DNA of 64,000 nt from an uncultured delta proteobacterium (GTDB lineage: Bacteria; Desulfobacterota; Binatia; UBA9968): assembly GCA_963771465.1 (NCBI GenBank), contig CAVYTU010000015.1, forward strand, positions 736,001 through 800,000. The letters are read 5' to 3'. This document shows positions 1 through 10,077 of the stretch, in pieces. The number at the start of each line of letters is the position of its first letter. The stretch's first letter is position 1. A program made the translations under genes and the position numbers. The notes under the pieces were generated by a model. It saw only the letters and a program-made list of their open reading frames with translations, was not told the origin of the DNA and searched no databases.

Positions 1-156
1 GGTCTTCGTTGGCGTAGCTTAGAAAAATCTCAGCCATATGAGGTCAATTATCACCAGCGCGCAAGCGTGACTCTGCACTGTCAAACGGTAAAAATCGCTA
101 TGAAATGTGATTGTAACAGATCGCACGCTATTTGTAATTGAAATCCGCTTGCCCGG

Positions 157-1140
157 CTACGGTTTCCACCCGCTCAATTTCAATTCTTCATTGGTCTTGC
201 GGACAAAGCTGAAGTCGAAGACATCGGCGAGCTTTAGATCTCTTTGCGATTTGACCGCTAACTTCATTTCATCGATCATCGGTTGAAGAATTTTGGCTTC
301 GCTGGTGCCGTCGCGCACGGTGAGTCTGACTTCTTCGTCGTAAATGGCTGCTGCCATCTCGCGATCCTTGATGCGCAGAATGTCCATCGAATATTTGATC
401 GCGGCGTCGCGCTTGGCGAGAAAGAAAGCCAAGCCTTTCATGCTCGCGCGCATGAAACGGGCGATCTTCGCCGGTTGCTGTTTGATCTTTTCTTCCGAAG
501 TCGCCAGGCCGCCCTGTATCGTGTTGACGTACTCGCCCGCCGACGTGAGCTTAACGAAACCATCTTTCTGAGCGCGCAAACTCGCCGCCGTGTTAAACAG
601 CGTCGCTTGGATCGCCTTCGCTTTCAGCGCCGGAAAGCGCACGTCGTCGCCACCCATGACGACGAGATTGGCATCCTTCGCCGGGTCGAGACCGTTCTTC
701 TTGAGAATCTCGCGCGTCACCACCGCCAGGGAACCTTCCGGCGACATGATCGCCACCGTTTGACCGCGCAGTTGCGCGATGGACTTGATATTCGGCAAAG
801 CGATCAAGTCCCAGCCCGGCTTGTCTTGAAACACCGCGAGGATTTTCACCGGCACGTTGCGCGCTACCGCCGCCAACGCGCTGCCCGCGTTGGTAAAAAA
901 ATCGATCTCGCCCGCCAGCGTCGTGCGAATCGCGATCTCGCCGCGAATACTCAGGAACTCGACGTTGATCCCTTCTTCCTTGAAATAACCCTCCTTGTTG
1001 GCGATCATCAGACAAAGCACCGACGCCGAAATCGACGGATGCGCCACCCGCATGTTGTCGATGGCCCAAGCAGGGTTGATGTTGGCAGACAGGATCACCA
1101 GAGCCAACCCAAGCAACCGAACGTTGCGCGGTAACTTCAT
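157..1140 (-). CDS. ABC transporter substrate-binding protein, NMT1/SsuA/TauA family
   Basis: 327 aa ORF with signal peptide; 'KEGYFKEEGINVE' and 'IKSIAQLRGQTVAI' motifs; AGGAGG RBS upstream. Confidence 0.85.
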   Translation of the reverse strand: MKLPRNVRLLGLALVILSANINPAWAIDNMRVAHPSISASVLCLMIANKEGYFKEEGINVEFLSIRGEIAIRTTLAGEIDFFTNAGSALAAVARNVPVKILAVFQDKPGWDLIALPNIKSIAQLRGQTVAIMSPEGSLAVVTREILKKNGLDPAKDANLVVMGGDDVRFPALKAKAIQATLFNTAASLRAQKDGFVKLTSAGEYVNTIQGGLATSEEKIKQQPAKIARFMRASMKGLAFFLAKRDAAIKYSMDILRIKDREMAAAIYDEEVRLTVRDGTSEAKILQPMIDEMKLAVKSQRDLKLADVFDFSFVRKTNEELKLSGWKP

Positions 1141-1322
1141 GCGAATCCTCCTTGTCGGAAACCGTTTAATCCCGCATACCCAAAGCGCCGCCGATTGGCA
1201 AGCGATAATTATTGCTCCGAAGCCTTTGCAACTCTTTGCGGGTATAATCTTCTCGTGGTTTGACCGCGTCCCAACAACAGTGATAAATCCTCGACCATCG
1301 ACTCGATTCTAAGGAGTTCCCG

Positions 1323-2804
1323 ATGGCCAACTCAACTCGACAAACGGATGTCGTCATCATCGGCGGCGGCGGCGCGGGGATCCCCGCGGCGATCGAAGTG
1401 GCCCGCGCCGGCGGCAAAGCGATCGTGTTGGAAGGCGCGGCCGAATGCGGCGGCACCGCGGCAATTTCCGGCGGCGGCTGCTGCATCGTCGGCACGCCGT
1501 TGCAAAAATCCCAAGGCATCGAAGACACGCCGGACATGGCGTTCGAAGATTGGATCAAGTGGGGCGGCGGCCAGGCTGACGAAGTGTGGGCGCGTTACTA
1601 TCTCGAACATACATTGCACGATCTCTATCATTGGGCCGAAAGCTGCGGCGCCAAGTGGGTCGACATGAAAGTTCAGGAAGGCAACCGGGTACTGCGTTGG
1701 CACAGGCCGGATAATAACGGACTAGGCTTAATGACCGCGCTGATTAAAACCGCCGAAAAGATTCCCAACATCACGATCATGACCTCGACCAAAGGCGGCA
1801 ACCTGCTCACCAAAGACGGCCGAGTCTGCGGCGTGACGGCGATCAAAGGAAACGAAGCCGTCGATATTCACAGCAAATCTGTCGTCGTCGCCACCGGCGG
1901 ATTCAATTCGAACTTGGATATGGTTCTCGAACATCGTCCCGAGTTCGAAAAATTTAAAGTGATGGAAGGCTCGGGCTTCGGCGCCAAAGGCGAAGGCCAC
2001 AAGTTGATCCGAGAGCTCGGCGGCTACTTCACCCACATGGACTGCATCTGGTTTTACGTCTACGCCACGCCGGATTACCGCGATCCGCAGCAGCGGCGCG
2101 GTTTAGTTTTCCGCATGGTGCCGGGCTACATTTGGTTTAACCAGCAGGGTAAACGGTTTCATAATGAATCTCTGACGGGCGGCGCGTCGGCGACTCCCGC
2201 GTTGCTGGCGCAAACGCCCCCACACGCTTGGGCGCTAGCCGACACGCCGATGTTGGCAAAGATCGACGTCGCCGATCCATATTATCGCCGCGGCGATGTC
2301 ATCGACCGGGCCAAAGTCGAAGAGCTTTTGCATAACTCTCCGTACATAAAGATGGCTGACAGTCTCGAAGATCTCGGCAAGCAGTGCGACTTCGAGGACG
2401 TGAAAAACTTTATCGGCGAAGTCGAAGAATACAATCAATGCTTCGCCGCCGGCCTCAAGAAAGATCCGAAGTTCGGCAAGGCGCTCAATGCTTCGAAGAA
2501 GTTCGACACGCCGCCTTATTACGCGATTCAAATTTTTCCCTTGGCGCGGAAAAACTTTGGCGGCGTGAAAACCGATCTGCGCTGCCGCGCGCTGAATAAA
2601 TATTTCGAACCCATCCCCGGTCTTTACGCAGCGGGGGAAGTTTCCGGCATGGCCGGCGGCCACATCAATGGCAAAGCCGGACTCGAAGGCACCATGCTCG
2701 GCCCGTCGATCTTCAGCGGCCGCGTCGCCGGCGCCTGGGCGGCCCATGAAGCCGGCTTCGGTCCCGGCTTCGTCGGCAAACCGAACCGGCCGGAGCTGGA
2801 CTGA
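1323..2804 (+). CDS. FAD-dependent oxidoreductase (fumarate reductase/flavocytochrome c/3-ketosteroid dehydrogenase flavoprotein family)
   Basis: DVVIIGGGGAG dinucleotide motif, GGTAAISGG, VVVATGGF, IPGLYAAGE; AGGAG RBS. Confidence 0.88.
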   Translation: MANSTRQTDVVIIGGGGAGIPAAIEVARAGGKAIVLEGAAECGGTAAISGGGCCIVGTPLQKSQGIEDTPDMAFEDWIKWGGGQADEVWARYYLEHTLHDLYHWAESCGAKWVDMKVQEGNRVLRWHRPDNNGLGLMTALIKTAEKIPNITIMTSTKGGNLLTKDGRVCGVTAIKGNEAVDIHSKSVVVATGGFNSNLDMVLEHRPEFEKFKVMEGSGFGAKGEGHKLIRELGGYFTHMDCIWFYVYATPDYRDPQQRRGLVFRMVPGYIWFNQQGKRFHNESLTGGASATPALLAQTPPHAWALADTPMLAKIDVADPYYRRGDVIDRAKVEELLHNSPYIKMADSLEDLGKQCDFEDVKNFIGEVEEYNQCFAAGLKKDPKFGKALNASKKFDTPPYYAIQIFPLARKNFGGVKTDLRCRALNKYFEPIPGLYAAGEVSGMAGGHINGKAGLEGTMLGPSIFSGRVAGAWAAHEAGFGPGFVGKPNRPELD

Positions 2805-2824
2805 AGCAAGGGCGTCTCCAATCC

Positions 2825-2848
2825 GAAACGATTTGAACGACTTGAACG
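2825..2848 (+). repeat. Short intergenic 9-mer tandem repeat (TTGAACG core)
   Basis: gaaacgatttgaacgacttgaacg; same family at 6520-6554 and 13564-13604. Confidence 0.6.
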
Positions 2849-2874
2849 ACACGCATCATCTGCCTGGAGCATAA

Positions 2875-5298
2875 ATGTCGAATGCCGCTGAACAAATAGA
2901 AGATGTTAAGCAAGTGCGCGGTTATTGCGCGCTTTGCACCGCGCACTGCGCGACGATCGCCACTGTGAAGAACGGCCGTGTAACAAAACTTGATCCCGAT
3001 CACGATCATCCCAACGGCGGTGTCATGTGTCTCAAAGGCAAAGCCGCGCCCGAGCTGGTCTACAATTCCGATCGCCTCAATTATCCGCTCAAGCGTACCA
3101 GGCCCAAAGGGGACACCGATCCCGGCTGGCAGCGTGCCACTTGGAACGAAGCGCTCGATGACATCGCGAACAGATTAAAAATAATTCGCGAGCGCGACGG
3201 CGCCAAAGCGATCGCGCTGGGCAAAGGCACCAAGAGCGGCACCTCGGTCGATGACGTCGAGCGGTGGCTCGGCCGGTTTCTCTATCTTCTTGGCAGTCCC
3301 AACTGGATGTCGACCACCCATGTCTGTAACTGGCACAAAGACACCGGCTTCAGCTACACCTTCGGATCAAATATCCCAACTCCCGATCTCGCGCACAGCA
3401 AAGCTTTCTTGCTCTGGGGTCACAATCCCAGTTCGACTTCGCTCATCCTCGCGCACGACATCGTCCAGGCGCGCTCGCGCGGCATGAAAACCGTCGTCGT
3501 CGATCCGCGCCGCATCGGCATCGGCGCCAACGCCGACATTCTTTTGCAGCCGCGCCCCGGCAGCGACGGCGCATTGGCGCTGGCTTTGATTCACTGCCTA
3601 CTGGACGAAGGATGGTATGACGCGGGCTTTGCGCGTCAGTGGACCAACGGAACTTTCTTGCTCGACTCTGTAACGAATAAAGTTCTCACCGAAGCTGATC
3701 TCACGCCAAACGGTGATTCGAAAGTTTATGTCCTATGGGACGAATCATCGAACAAACCGGCGCTCTACGATTCAGCCACGGGACTTCATGAACGAGACGG
3801 CGTGTTGCCTGCCCTCTTCGGAGTGCGAACGATCAAAGACAAGGACGGCAAAAATGTTTCCTGTAAACCGGTCTTCGAACGGCTCGCTGACATCGCGGCG
3901 GAATTCGCGCCGGAACGTTCTGAAAAAATCCATTGGGTACCGGCGGACAAAGTCTGGCAGACCGCACTACTGCTAGCACACAACCGTCCGCTCAGCATGT
4001 ACATGTGGAACGGCGTCGGCCAGCATACCAACGCAACCCAAACCAGCCGCGCCATCGCATCGCTTTACGCCCTGCTCGGCGACTTCGACCACCAAGGCGG
4101 CAATGTGAGTTTTCCGAAAGTTCCGATCAACGATGTCGGCGGCAAAGAGTTTCTGCCGAAAGAGGCCAATGCGATCCGCGTCGGCCGCGAGCGCAAACCG
4201 CTCGGGCCGCCGGCCAAGCCCGGCAACTGCGCGCCCTACGATATTTTCAATGCGATTCTCGACGGCACGCCGTATCCGATCAAAGCGTTGCTCAACTTTG
4301 GGTCGAACACGGTGATGTCCAACGCCGACTCGCGCCGTGGCCGAGCCGCGATGTGCGCGTTGGAACTTGGCGTCGTCGCCGATCTGTTCATGACGCCGAC
4401 CGCCGAACTGTGCGACTACGTATTGCCGGCGACAAGCTTTCTAGAAATGTCAGCGCTCACCACGGCATTCGAACATCGCCCCAACGGCAAAACTCATTTG
4501 CAGTATCGTCGTGGAGTCGTCGAACCATTATACGAACGGCGCTCCGACACCTGGATCATTTTTGAATTAGCCAAGCGCATGGGTTTCACCGAACAATTTT
4601 TCGACGGCGACGTCGAAGCCGGCTACGCCCACGAGCTGCAACCGAGCGGCGTTTCCCTCGATCAGTTGAAGCAGGCCGAGGGCGGCATCTCGCTACCGGC
4701 CGAGCCGACCTACGAGAAACATGCAAAGAAAAATAAAGAAAACGCACCGCGCGGTTTCGCCACGCCGTCAAAAAAAGTCGAACTCTATTGCCATCCCTTT
4801 GCAGACAACGGGATTTCTGCCATGCCGGAATATATCGAGCCCGCGCTAAGTCCCATCAGCCGGCCGGATATTGCCGCCGAGTTTCCTTTGATATTGACCA
4901 ACGCCAAGAACACAAACTACGTACACAGCCAGCAGCGTGCGCTGCCAAGTTTGCGCAAAACGCTGCCCGAACCGAGCGCCGACATTCACCCGGAAACCGC
5001 GCTTCGCTATGGAATAAAGAACAAAGAATGGATGATCGTCGAAAGCCCGCGCGGCGCGATCAAAGTGAAAGCACGGGTGACGACGAATATCGTCGGCGGC
5101 GTCATCTGCTGCCAACATGGCTGGTGGCAAGCATGTAAGGAATTGGAACTGCCAGGCTACAACGCCTTCGAAACCAGCGGCGCTAATCCTGCGATGCTCA
5201 TCGGCACCGACCTCGCCGATCCCGTCAGCGGCTCGCTACCGCATCGCTCCTACCTCTGCCGAGTGCGACCAGCGGAATACGAAACTGACCGCAAATAA
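2875..5298 (+). CDS. Molybdopterin (bis-MGD) oxidoreductase, DMSO-reductase superfamily, acetylene-hydratase-like subgroup
   Basis: N-terminal CxxCxxxC...C [4Fe-4S] motif (CALCTAHC...CLKG), WGHNP, DLFMTPTAELCDYVLPA, C-terminal HPETA...HGWW domain; no Tat signal. Confidence 0.88.
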   Translation: MSNAAEQIEDVKQVRGYCALCTAHCATIATVKNGRVTKLDPDHDHPNGGVMCLKGKAAPELVYNSDRLNYPLKRTRPKGDTDPGWQRATWNEALDDIANRLKIIRERDGAKAIALGKGTKSGTSVDDVERWLGRFLYLLGSPNWMSTTHVCNWHKDTGFSYTFGSNIPTPDLAHSKAFLLWGHNPSSTSLILAHDIVQARSRGMKTVVVDPRRIGIGANADILLQPRPGSDGALALALIHCLLDEGWYDAGFARQWTNGTFLLDSVTNKVLTEADLTPNGDSKVYVLWDESSNKPALYDSATGLHERDGVLPALFGVRTIKDKDGKNVSCKPVFERLADIAAEFAPERSEKIHWVPADKVWQTALLLAHNRPLSMYMWNGVGQHTNATQTSRAIASLYALLGDFDHQGGNVSFPKVPINDVGGKEFLPKEANAIRVGRERKPLGPPAKPGNCAPYDIFNAILDGTPYPIKALLNFGSNTVMSNADSRRGRAAMCALELGVVADLFMTPTAELCDYVLPATSFLEMSALTTAFEHRPNGKTHLQYRRGVVEPLYERRSDTWIIFELAKRMGFTEQFFDGDVEAGYAHELQPSGVSLDQLKQAEGGISLPAEPTYEKHAKKNKENAPRGFATPSKKVELYCHPFADNGISAMPEYIEPALSPISRPDIAAEFPLILTNAKNTNYVHSQQRALPSLRKTLPEPSADIHPETALRYGIKNKEWMIVESPRGAIKVKARVTTNIVGGVICCQHGWWQACKELELPGYNAFETSGANPAMLIGTDLADPVSGSLPHRSYLCRVRPAEYETDRK

Positions 5299-5378
5299 CG
5301 CAAAAGATAGGTCGGGTTTGAAACCCGCCCCCCCTGCAAATCCCGATTCATATTTTGTGATTTTTGCGGTCTTTGCGG
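5289..5378. repeat. REP-like composite palindrome between convergent genes
   Basis: ccgcaaataacgcaaaa ... cgggtttgaaacccg ... ttttgcggtctttgcgg; related copy at 48958-49017. Confidence 0.6.
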
Positions 5379-5441
5379 CCGATGCAACTCGTAGTTTCAG
5401 CGACAAACCGAAAACAGTTGGGCCAGCTTTCTCGAGACCGA

Positions 5442-6503
5442 CTAATTTCCCGCCAAGATTTTCTGGAATTTCTGCCGAATGCGCGAATGCTCCTCGGCGT
5501 TCTTGACGACTTCGGACACGGAGTACGCCGTGAATTTGACGCCGCGCTTTTCTTGCTCGGCGATGAATTTCTGCATAGGCGTTCCCTTCACAAAATGCGA
5601 GCTGCTGCGCTCGGTTTTGTACAGGAGATCTTGTCCGTCCTTGCTCAAAAGAAAAGCCGCTAGCAACGTAGCCGCATTGGGGTTGCGCGAGTTCGCCGGC
5701 ACCGTCACGTACCAGTAGGAAAGAATTCCCGCGTCGCGAAATACCTGTCCGTCCACCGGGCCGCCTTTTTCTTTGGCTTCCTGAGGTGCGGCGAGATCGC
5801 AGTTGAAAACCAGCATGGCGAACTCGCCGGAAGCGATCCGTTCATCCTCGCCGCAGCGAATCAGTCCAGCCACTTGCTTGACGAATTTGTTGAGAAAACC
5901 CGTCGCCTTCTCCTCGCCCCAGATCATCGCCAGCCGGTCGAACGACGCCGCGTAGGGCGTCGAAGCGATCTTGCCTTTCCATTTAGGCAGGAGCGTGTCT
6001 TCGAGTCTCTGCGGCACTTCCTTGGCGCCGACCAGTTTGGTGTTGTAACTAAAGCCCGGCGTGCGCGTGGTGACAACCAAGACTCTGTTGTCGTAATCGA
6101 TCATCGGCGCGGTGATATGTGGAAATGCCTTGGTCCATTCGATGCTTTTGAGCGGCATGCGCGCAACATGATTTTCCGAACCGACGAAAAGATCGCTCGA
6201 CGAGGGTTGGCCGGCTTTCGCTTCCTGAATGATCCGACTGGCAAACTGCGGCATCGCCGGCCCCGGAGTAAACTTGAATGGCAAATTCAATCCATAAGTT
6301 TTGTTAAATGCCTTCTCCATGGCGTCGGCGCCTTCGATGCCGCCCATCGTCCCGGTGCCCCAGCTGAGAATGAGCTGGCCTTCCTTCTTTGCGCCATCAA
6401 TAAGCTGCGGCAATGTCTGAGCGGAGCCTTTGACGGGTGTCACCATCAGCCCGGCCATTATCAAGCTCATAGCTAACAACCACAATCTCGATTTCACCAT
6501 CAC
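5442..6503 (-). CDS. ABC transporter substrate-binding protein (Fe3+/thiamine-type, AfuA/FbpA family)
   Basis: Signal peptide, 'LIDGAKKEGQL', 'YNTKLV', 'PKWKGKIA', 'NPNAATL'. Confidence 0.82.
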   Translation of the reverse strand: MMVKSRLWLLAMSLIMAGLMVTPVKGSAQTLPQLIDGAKKEGQLILSWGTGTMGGIEGADAMEKAFNKTYGLNLPFKFTPGPAMPQFASRIIQEAKAGQPSSSDLFVGSENHVARMPLKSIEWTKAFPHITAPMIDYDNRVLVVTTRTPGFSYNTKLVGAKEVPQRLEDTLLPKWKGKIASTPYAASFDRLAMIWGEEKATGFLNKFVKQVAGLIRCGEDERIASGEFAMLVFNCDLAAPQEAKEKGGPVDGQVFRDAGILSYWYVTVPANSRNPNAATLLAAFLLSKDGQDLLYKTERSSSHFVKGTPMQKFIAEQEKRGVKFTAYSVSEVVKNAEEHSRIRQKFQKILAGN

Positions 6504-6560
6504 GATTCTCCTCGTGCCCGAAACGACTTGAACGTTTTGAACGGCTGAAACGGTGCGATC

Positions 6561-7523
6561 TTATAACTCCATCCGCTTGCCGAGGCCGCGCTTCACCGCC
6601 TCTTCATAGAGCCACGCCGCGAACGCCATATCACCGTAGCCGCCTTGGGATTCACGGAAGATATTGATCTCGTCGTCATTGGCCCGGCCGATGGCTTGGC
6701 CGGTGACGAGTTCTCCCAACTCCGCGATTCGGCTCCAAGAGAGTTTGCCTTCGGCGGCGAGCTCGACCAAAGGCAACGCCGCCGACCTGTCGCCGTAGTT
6801 GCGCTCCTGCTCTTGGCTGCCGACGACGATGCGATTGGCTTTCAAATGCAAGCCGCGGCCGAGCTCGGTCGGTTTCCCCATGCTGCTGACATGCGTGCCC
6901 GGCTCGACCCAATCTTCAGGAAAGATCGGCCTCAACGAATTCGTCGCCGTGAGAATCACATCCATGCCGCGCACCGCCTGTTCCGGTTCGTCGACACCGC
7001 GCACGGTGATACCGAGCAGTTGCGCCGCTTCTTGGCAAAACTTTTTGCGCCGCTCGGGATCGCGGCTTGAAACATACATCTCTTTGATCGGCCGCACCGT
7101 CAGCAGCGCTTTGAGAATGCCGAAGGCATTTCGACCGACGCCGAACAAGCCGAGCTTCTTGGAATCCTGCCGCGCCATATGTTTGGCGGCGATCGCCACC
7201 ACCGCGGCAGTACGCAACGTACCGAAAGGAAATCCCATGAACGATAACAATTCGCCGGATTCCGTATCGAACAATAGCGCATACATTTTGTCGCCGCCGC
7301 CCAGTCCGCTGTTTGGCCCCAAGCGCACGCCGACGCGCCGGTCGCCGAGCACCGCGCCCGAGACGACCCGCAAACCTTTATTCGCGCCGACGGAAATATG
7401 ATAGGGTGCATGCGGCACCACCAGACCGTTGGCTTGTTGCCTATGCGCATGCTCGATCAGCTCGATCGCTTTGGTCAGATCGAGCAACGGTTTCAGTTCA
7501 TCGCGGCTAAGCAGTAACGGCAT
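6561..7523 (-). CDS. Ornithine cyclodeaminase/mu-crystallin family protein
   Basis: LRTAA, GLFGVGRNA, DVILTAT, GTHVSSMG, ELGELVTG...GR motifs. Confidence 0.88.
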   Translation of the reverse strand: MPLLLSRDELKPLLDLTKAIELIEHAHRQQANGLVVPHAPYHISVGANKGLRVVSGAVLGDRRVGVRLGPNSGLGGGDKMYALLFDTESGELLSFMGFPFGTLRTAAVVAIAAKHMARQDSKKLGLFGVGRNAFGILKALLTVRPIKEMYVSSRDPERRKKFCQEAAQLLGITVRGVDEPEQAVRGMDVILTATNSLRPIFPEDWVEPGTHVSSMGKPTELGRGLHLKANRIVVGSQEQERNYGDRSAALPLVELAAEGKLSWSRIAELGELVTGQAIGRANDDEINIFRESQGGYGDMAFAAWLYEEAVKRGLGKRMEL

Positions 7524-7647
7524 TCATTTCTCCCCGATCATTTTCGCAACGTGCCCAGTTCCGAGGCACCGACAGACCGTCATGCGAACTTTCAACAATG
7601 GGCAGGCATTCCATCTAAAACGTCACCTGAGCCATTCTTCCACTCAC

Positions 7648-8667
7648 TCACTTCGACGCCGATGCCTTGTAAAAGCCGTCTTTCTCCAGCTGTGCGACAA
7701 ACCGGGTGTCGAGAAAGTCTTCCGGCTTGGCGGTCTTTGCTTTCGGCTCGCTCGGCAGCAACTCGCCGATGATCGTTTCCATTCCCCTGCGGGTCACGTA
7801 GGGAACCGTTTCGATGTAAGCGCGTGCTTCGCCGTAGGTCGCTTCAAGAATCTCGGGATCTTTGATGCGCGCGTACTTTTGGATCGCGCGGATGCCAGCG
7901 GTCTTGTTTACTTTGAGCAACTGCACGCCTTCACTGTAGCCACGGATGAATCGTCGGGTCATTTCCTCATTCGCTTTGATAAACGAGCGCGTTGAGCCAA
8001 TGGCAACGGAAACATATTCCGGTCCATCCTTGGTGAGGTCCACCAATTCGTTCAAGCCCGCTTTGCGCGCGCGGAAGTTGGTCGGCGGCGACAGCGCGCC
8101 GGCATCGACTTGGCCGGCAATGATGGCGGTGAAAATATTGGGCACGTCGACCAATTGCAGCATCTGATATTCCTCAGGCTTGATACCGGCTTTACTCATC
8201 ACCCACAGCGTCACGCTGTGCGTCGACGAGCCGAGCCGCGTGATGCCGATCTTTCGTCCCTTCATGTCAGTGAAATTTTTGATCTCCGGACGCGCCATAA
8301 AAGAAAAAACTAAGCGATTGGCCACGCCGGCAAGAATGACCACGTCGGCGCCTTTCAGCGCCGCTGTCACCGAATTGCGCCCGTCCATGTAGGAATAGTG
8401 GAGCTCGCCAGCGAGCATTACTTGAATCGCTCTAGACGTCGACGGAATATGCACCAATTCAACTTCAAGACCATACTTCTTAAACAAACCTTCTTCCTGC
8501 GCCACCCAAGTTCCGCTCATATTGCTGGCGAACGAAGTCCAGGCCACCCGCGCCTTCATCTGCGCTCGGCTATCGAGCGGTGACAGCAGTGTAAATCCAA
8601 GGACGATTAGCGCCGCAATCCAATATCGCAACCGAAGATTCATCAATAGTTCTAGCGATGCGTTCAT
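7648..8667 (-). CDS. ABC transporter substrate-binding protein, NMT1/SsuA family
   Basis: 'WVAQEEGLFKKYGLEVELV', 'KGRKIGITRLGSST'; true start may be an internal Met near 8643. Confidence 0.85.
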   Translation of the reverse strand: MNASLELLMNLRLRYWIAALIVLGFTLLSPLDSRAQMKARVAWTSFASNMSGTWVAQEEGLFKKYGLEVELVHIPSTSRAIQVMLAGELHYSYMDGRNSVTAALKGADVVILAGVANRLVFSFMARPEIKNFTDMKGRKIGITRLGSSTHSVTLWVMSKAGIKPEEYQMLQLVDVPNIFTAIIAGQVDAGALSPPTNFRARKAGLNELVDLTKDGPEYVSVAIGSTRSFIKANEEMTRRFIRGYSEGVQLLKVNKTAGIRAIQKYARIKDPEILEATYGEARAYIETVPYVTRRGMETIIGELLPSEPKAKTAKPEDFLDTRFVAQLEKDGFYKASASK

Positions 8668-8840
8668 AGATCTGACCGAGAACAGTTCGTCGATTTGCGT
8701 TTTCTCGATCAGCTGGAAAAGAGCGGAAGAACCATAGAAATATAAAATTACAATTTGCCGGCGGGCGCCAACCGATCCCTTCCCCCTCGCGACAGGTTAG
8801 GATAGGGGTGCTCACTCAAAGCCCCAAATCGAAACAAATC

Positions 8841-9839
8841 CTAGTTCGGCAGCCAGCACACTGCCGCAATTTCACTCAATTCTCTTCTTAACTTCGTCCA
8901 TGATTGCGCACCGTCATCACTGCGATAAAGATAACCGTAGCGACTGGCGGCAAAAATTGTATTCGGGTCATCCGAATTCGTCCCGAACGTCCACATGGTT
9001 GAATTGGGCTCCTGCGGCAGCGGCAAAAGCTTCCAGCTTTTACAAAAGTCGTCGCTCTGCGCGATGGCGCCGGACGTTCCCGGCGTGAAGTCGCCAAAGC
9101 CCAACAAGATTTTCTTCGGGTTGGCGGGATTGACGGCTATGCCGCGCAGATAGTTTTCTTTGCGCGGATATTCCCACGGCAGACACTTTTGCATGTTGCG
9201 CGGCTCCCAGCTTTTGCCGTTATCGGTGCTCGCATAGATCTCGCGATTGACCATAACGAAAACGGTTTTCGGCGGACCAACGGTTACCGCGACGTTATGA
9301 ATGTCGAGCCGGCCGGTGACCTCGACGATGCTCCAGGTATCGCCACCGTCGCTGCTGTGCCTGGCGCCGTCGACTTCGAGGCTGGCCCAAACATGGTTCG
9401 GCTCCAGCGGATCGACGGCGATGCCGGTAAACCTGGGCGTGCCCACCGCCTCGCATTCCGAAGCCACTTCCACGGGCCGCTTGTCCCAGCTCCGGCCGCC
9501 GTCCTTGGAACGAAACATCATCGCCGGCGTCGGCGTGCCGGTACCGACGAACATGTTGTCTGGATTCACCGGGTCGATGCCGATCGCCCAGACATAGTGC
9601 GGATTGAGCGCGGAGTCGATGTACTGCCAATTGGCGCCGCCATCCTCGCTGCGATAGAGCCCGCGCTCCGTGCCGGCAAATAGACGCTTGTGCTCTTTTG
9701 GGTGCATGGCGATGCAACGCACCGACGCTTCGTAAGCAAATCCGCGCCGCGGTCCGATGCGCGCCCAAGTTTGGCCGTTGTCCTCGCTGCGCATAATGCT
9801 CTGGCCGATGGTGCCGACGACGATCGTTACGTCCTTCAT
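8841..9839 (-). CDS. BNR/Asp-box beta-propeller protein (sialidase/VPS10/YCF48-like)
   Basis: Multiple SxDxGxxW Asp-boxes (SEDNGQTW, SEDGGANW, SKDGGRSW, SSDGGDTW, STDNGKSW, SDDGAQSW). Confidence 0.85.
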   Translation of the reverse strand: MKDVTIVVGTIGQSIMRSEDNGQTWARIGPRRGFAYEASVRCIAMHPKEHKRLFAGTERGLYRSEDGGANWQYIDSALNPHYVWAIGIDPVNPDNMFVGTGTPTPAMMFRSKDGGRSWDKRPVEVASECEAVGTPRFTGIAVDPLEPNHVWASLEVDGARHSSDGGDTWSIVEVTGRLDIHNVAVTVGPPKTVFVMVNREIYASTDNGKSWEPRNMQKCLPWEYPRKENYLRGIAVNPANPKKILLGFGDFTPGTSGAIAQSDDFCKSWKLLPLPQEPNSTMWTFGTNSDDPNTIFAASRYGYLYRSDDGAQSWTKLRRELSEIAAVCWLPN

Positions 9840-10077
9840 AATACCTCCTAAAAAGATTTAAACGTTTTGAGCCGCATTGATCGAGGTGTGACCCTGGAGG
9901 AACGAAGGCACGGCGCCAATGTTTCATCTTGGATTCGACGCTCGGCACGATGTTTGACCTTTTCGCTGGTGCCCTCATAAGCAACTCTGTCCGCGTACAA
10001 CCCCAAGGCACAACTGATTTGCCTTCGTTCCGGAAGGGTTGCACCTCGATCGCAGTGCTACCGCGAATAAATCGAGG

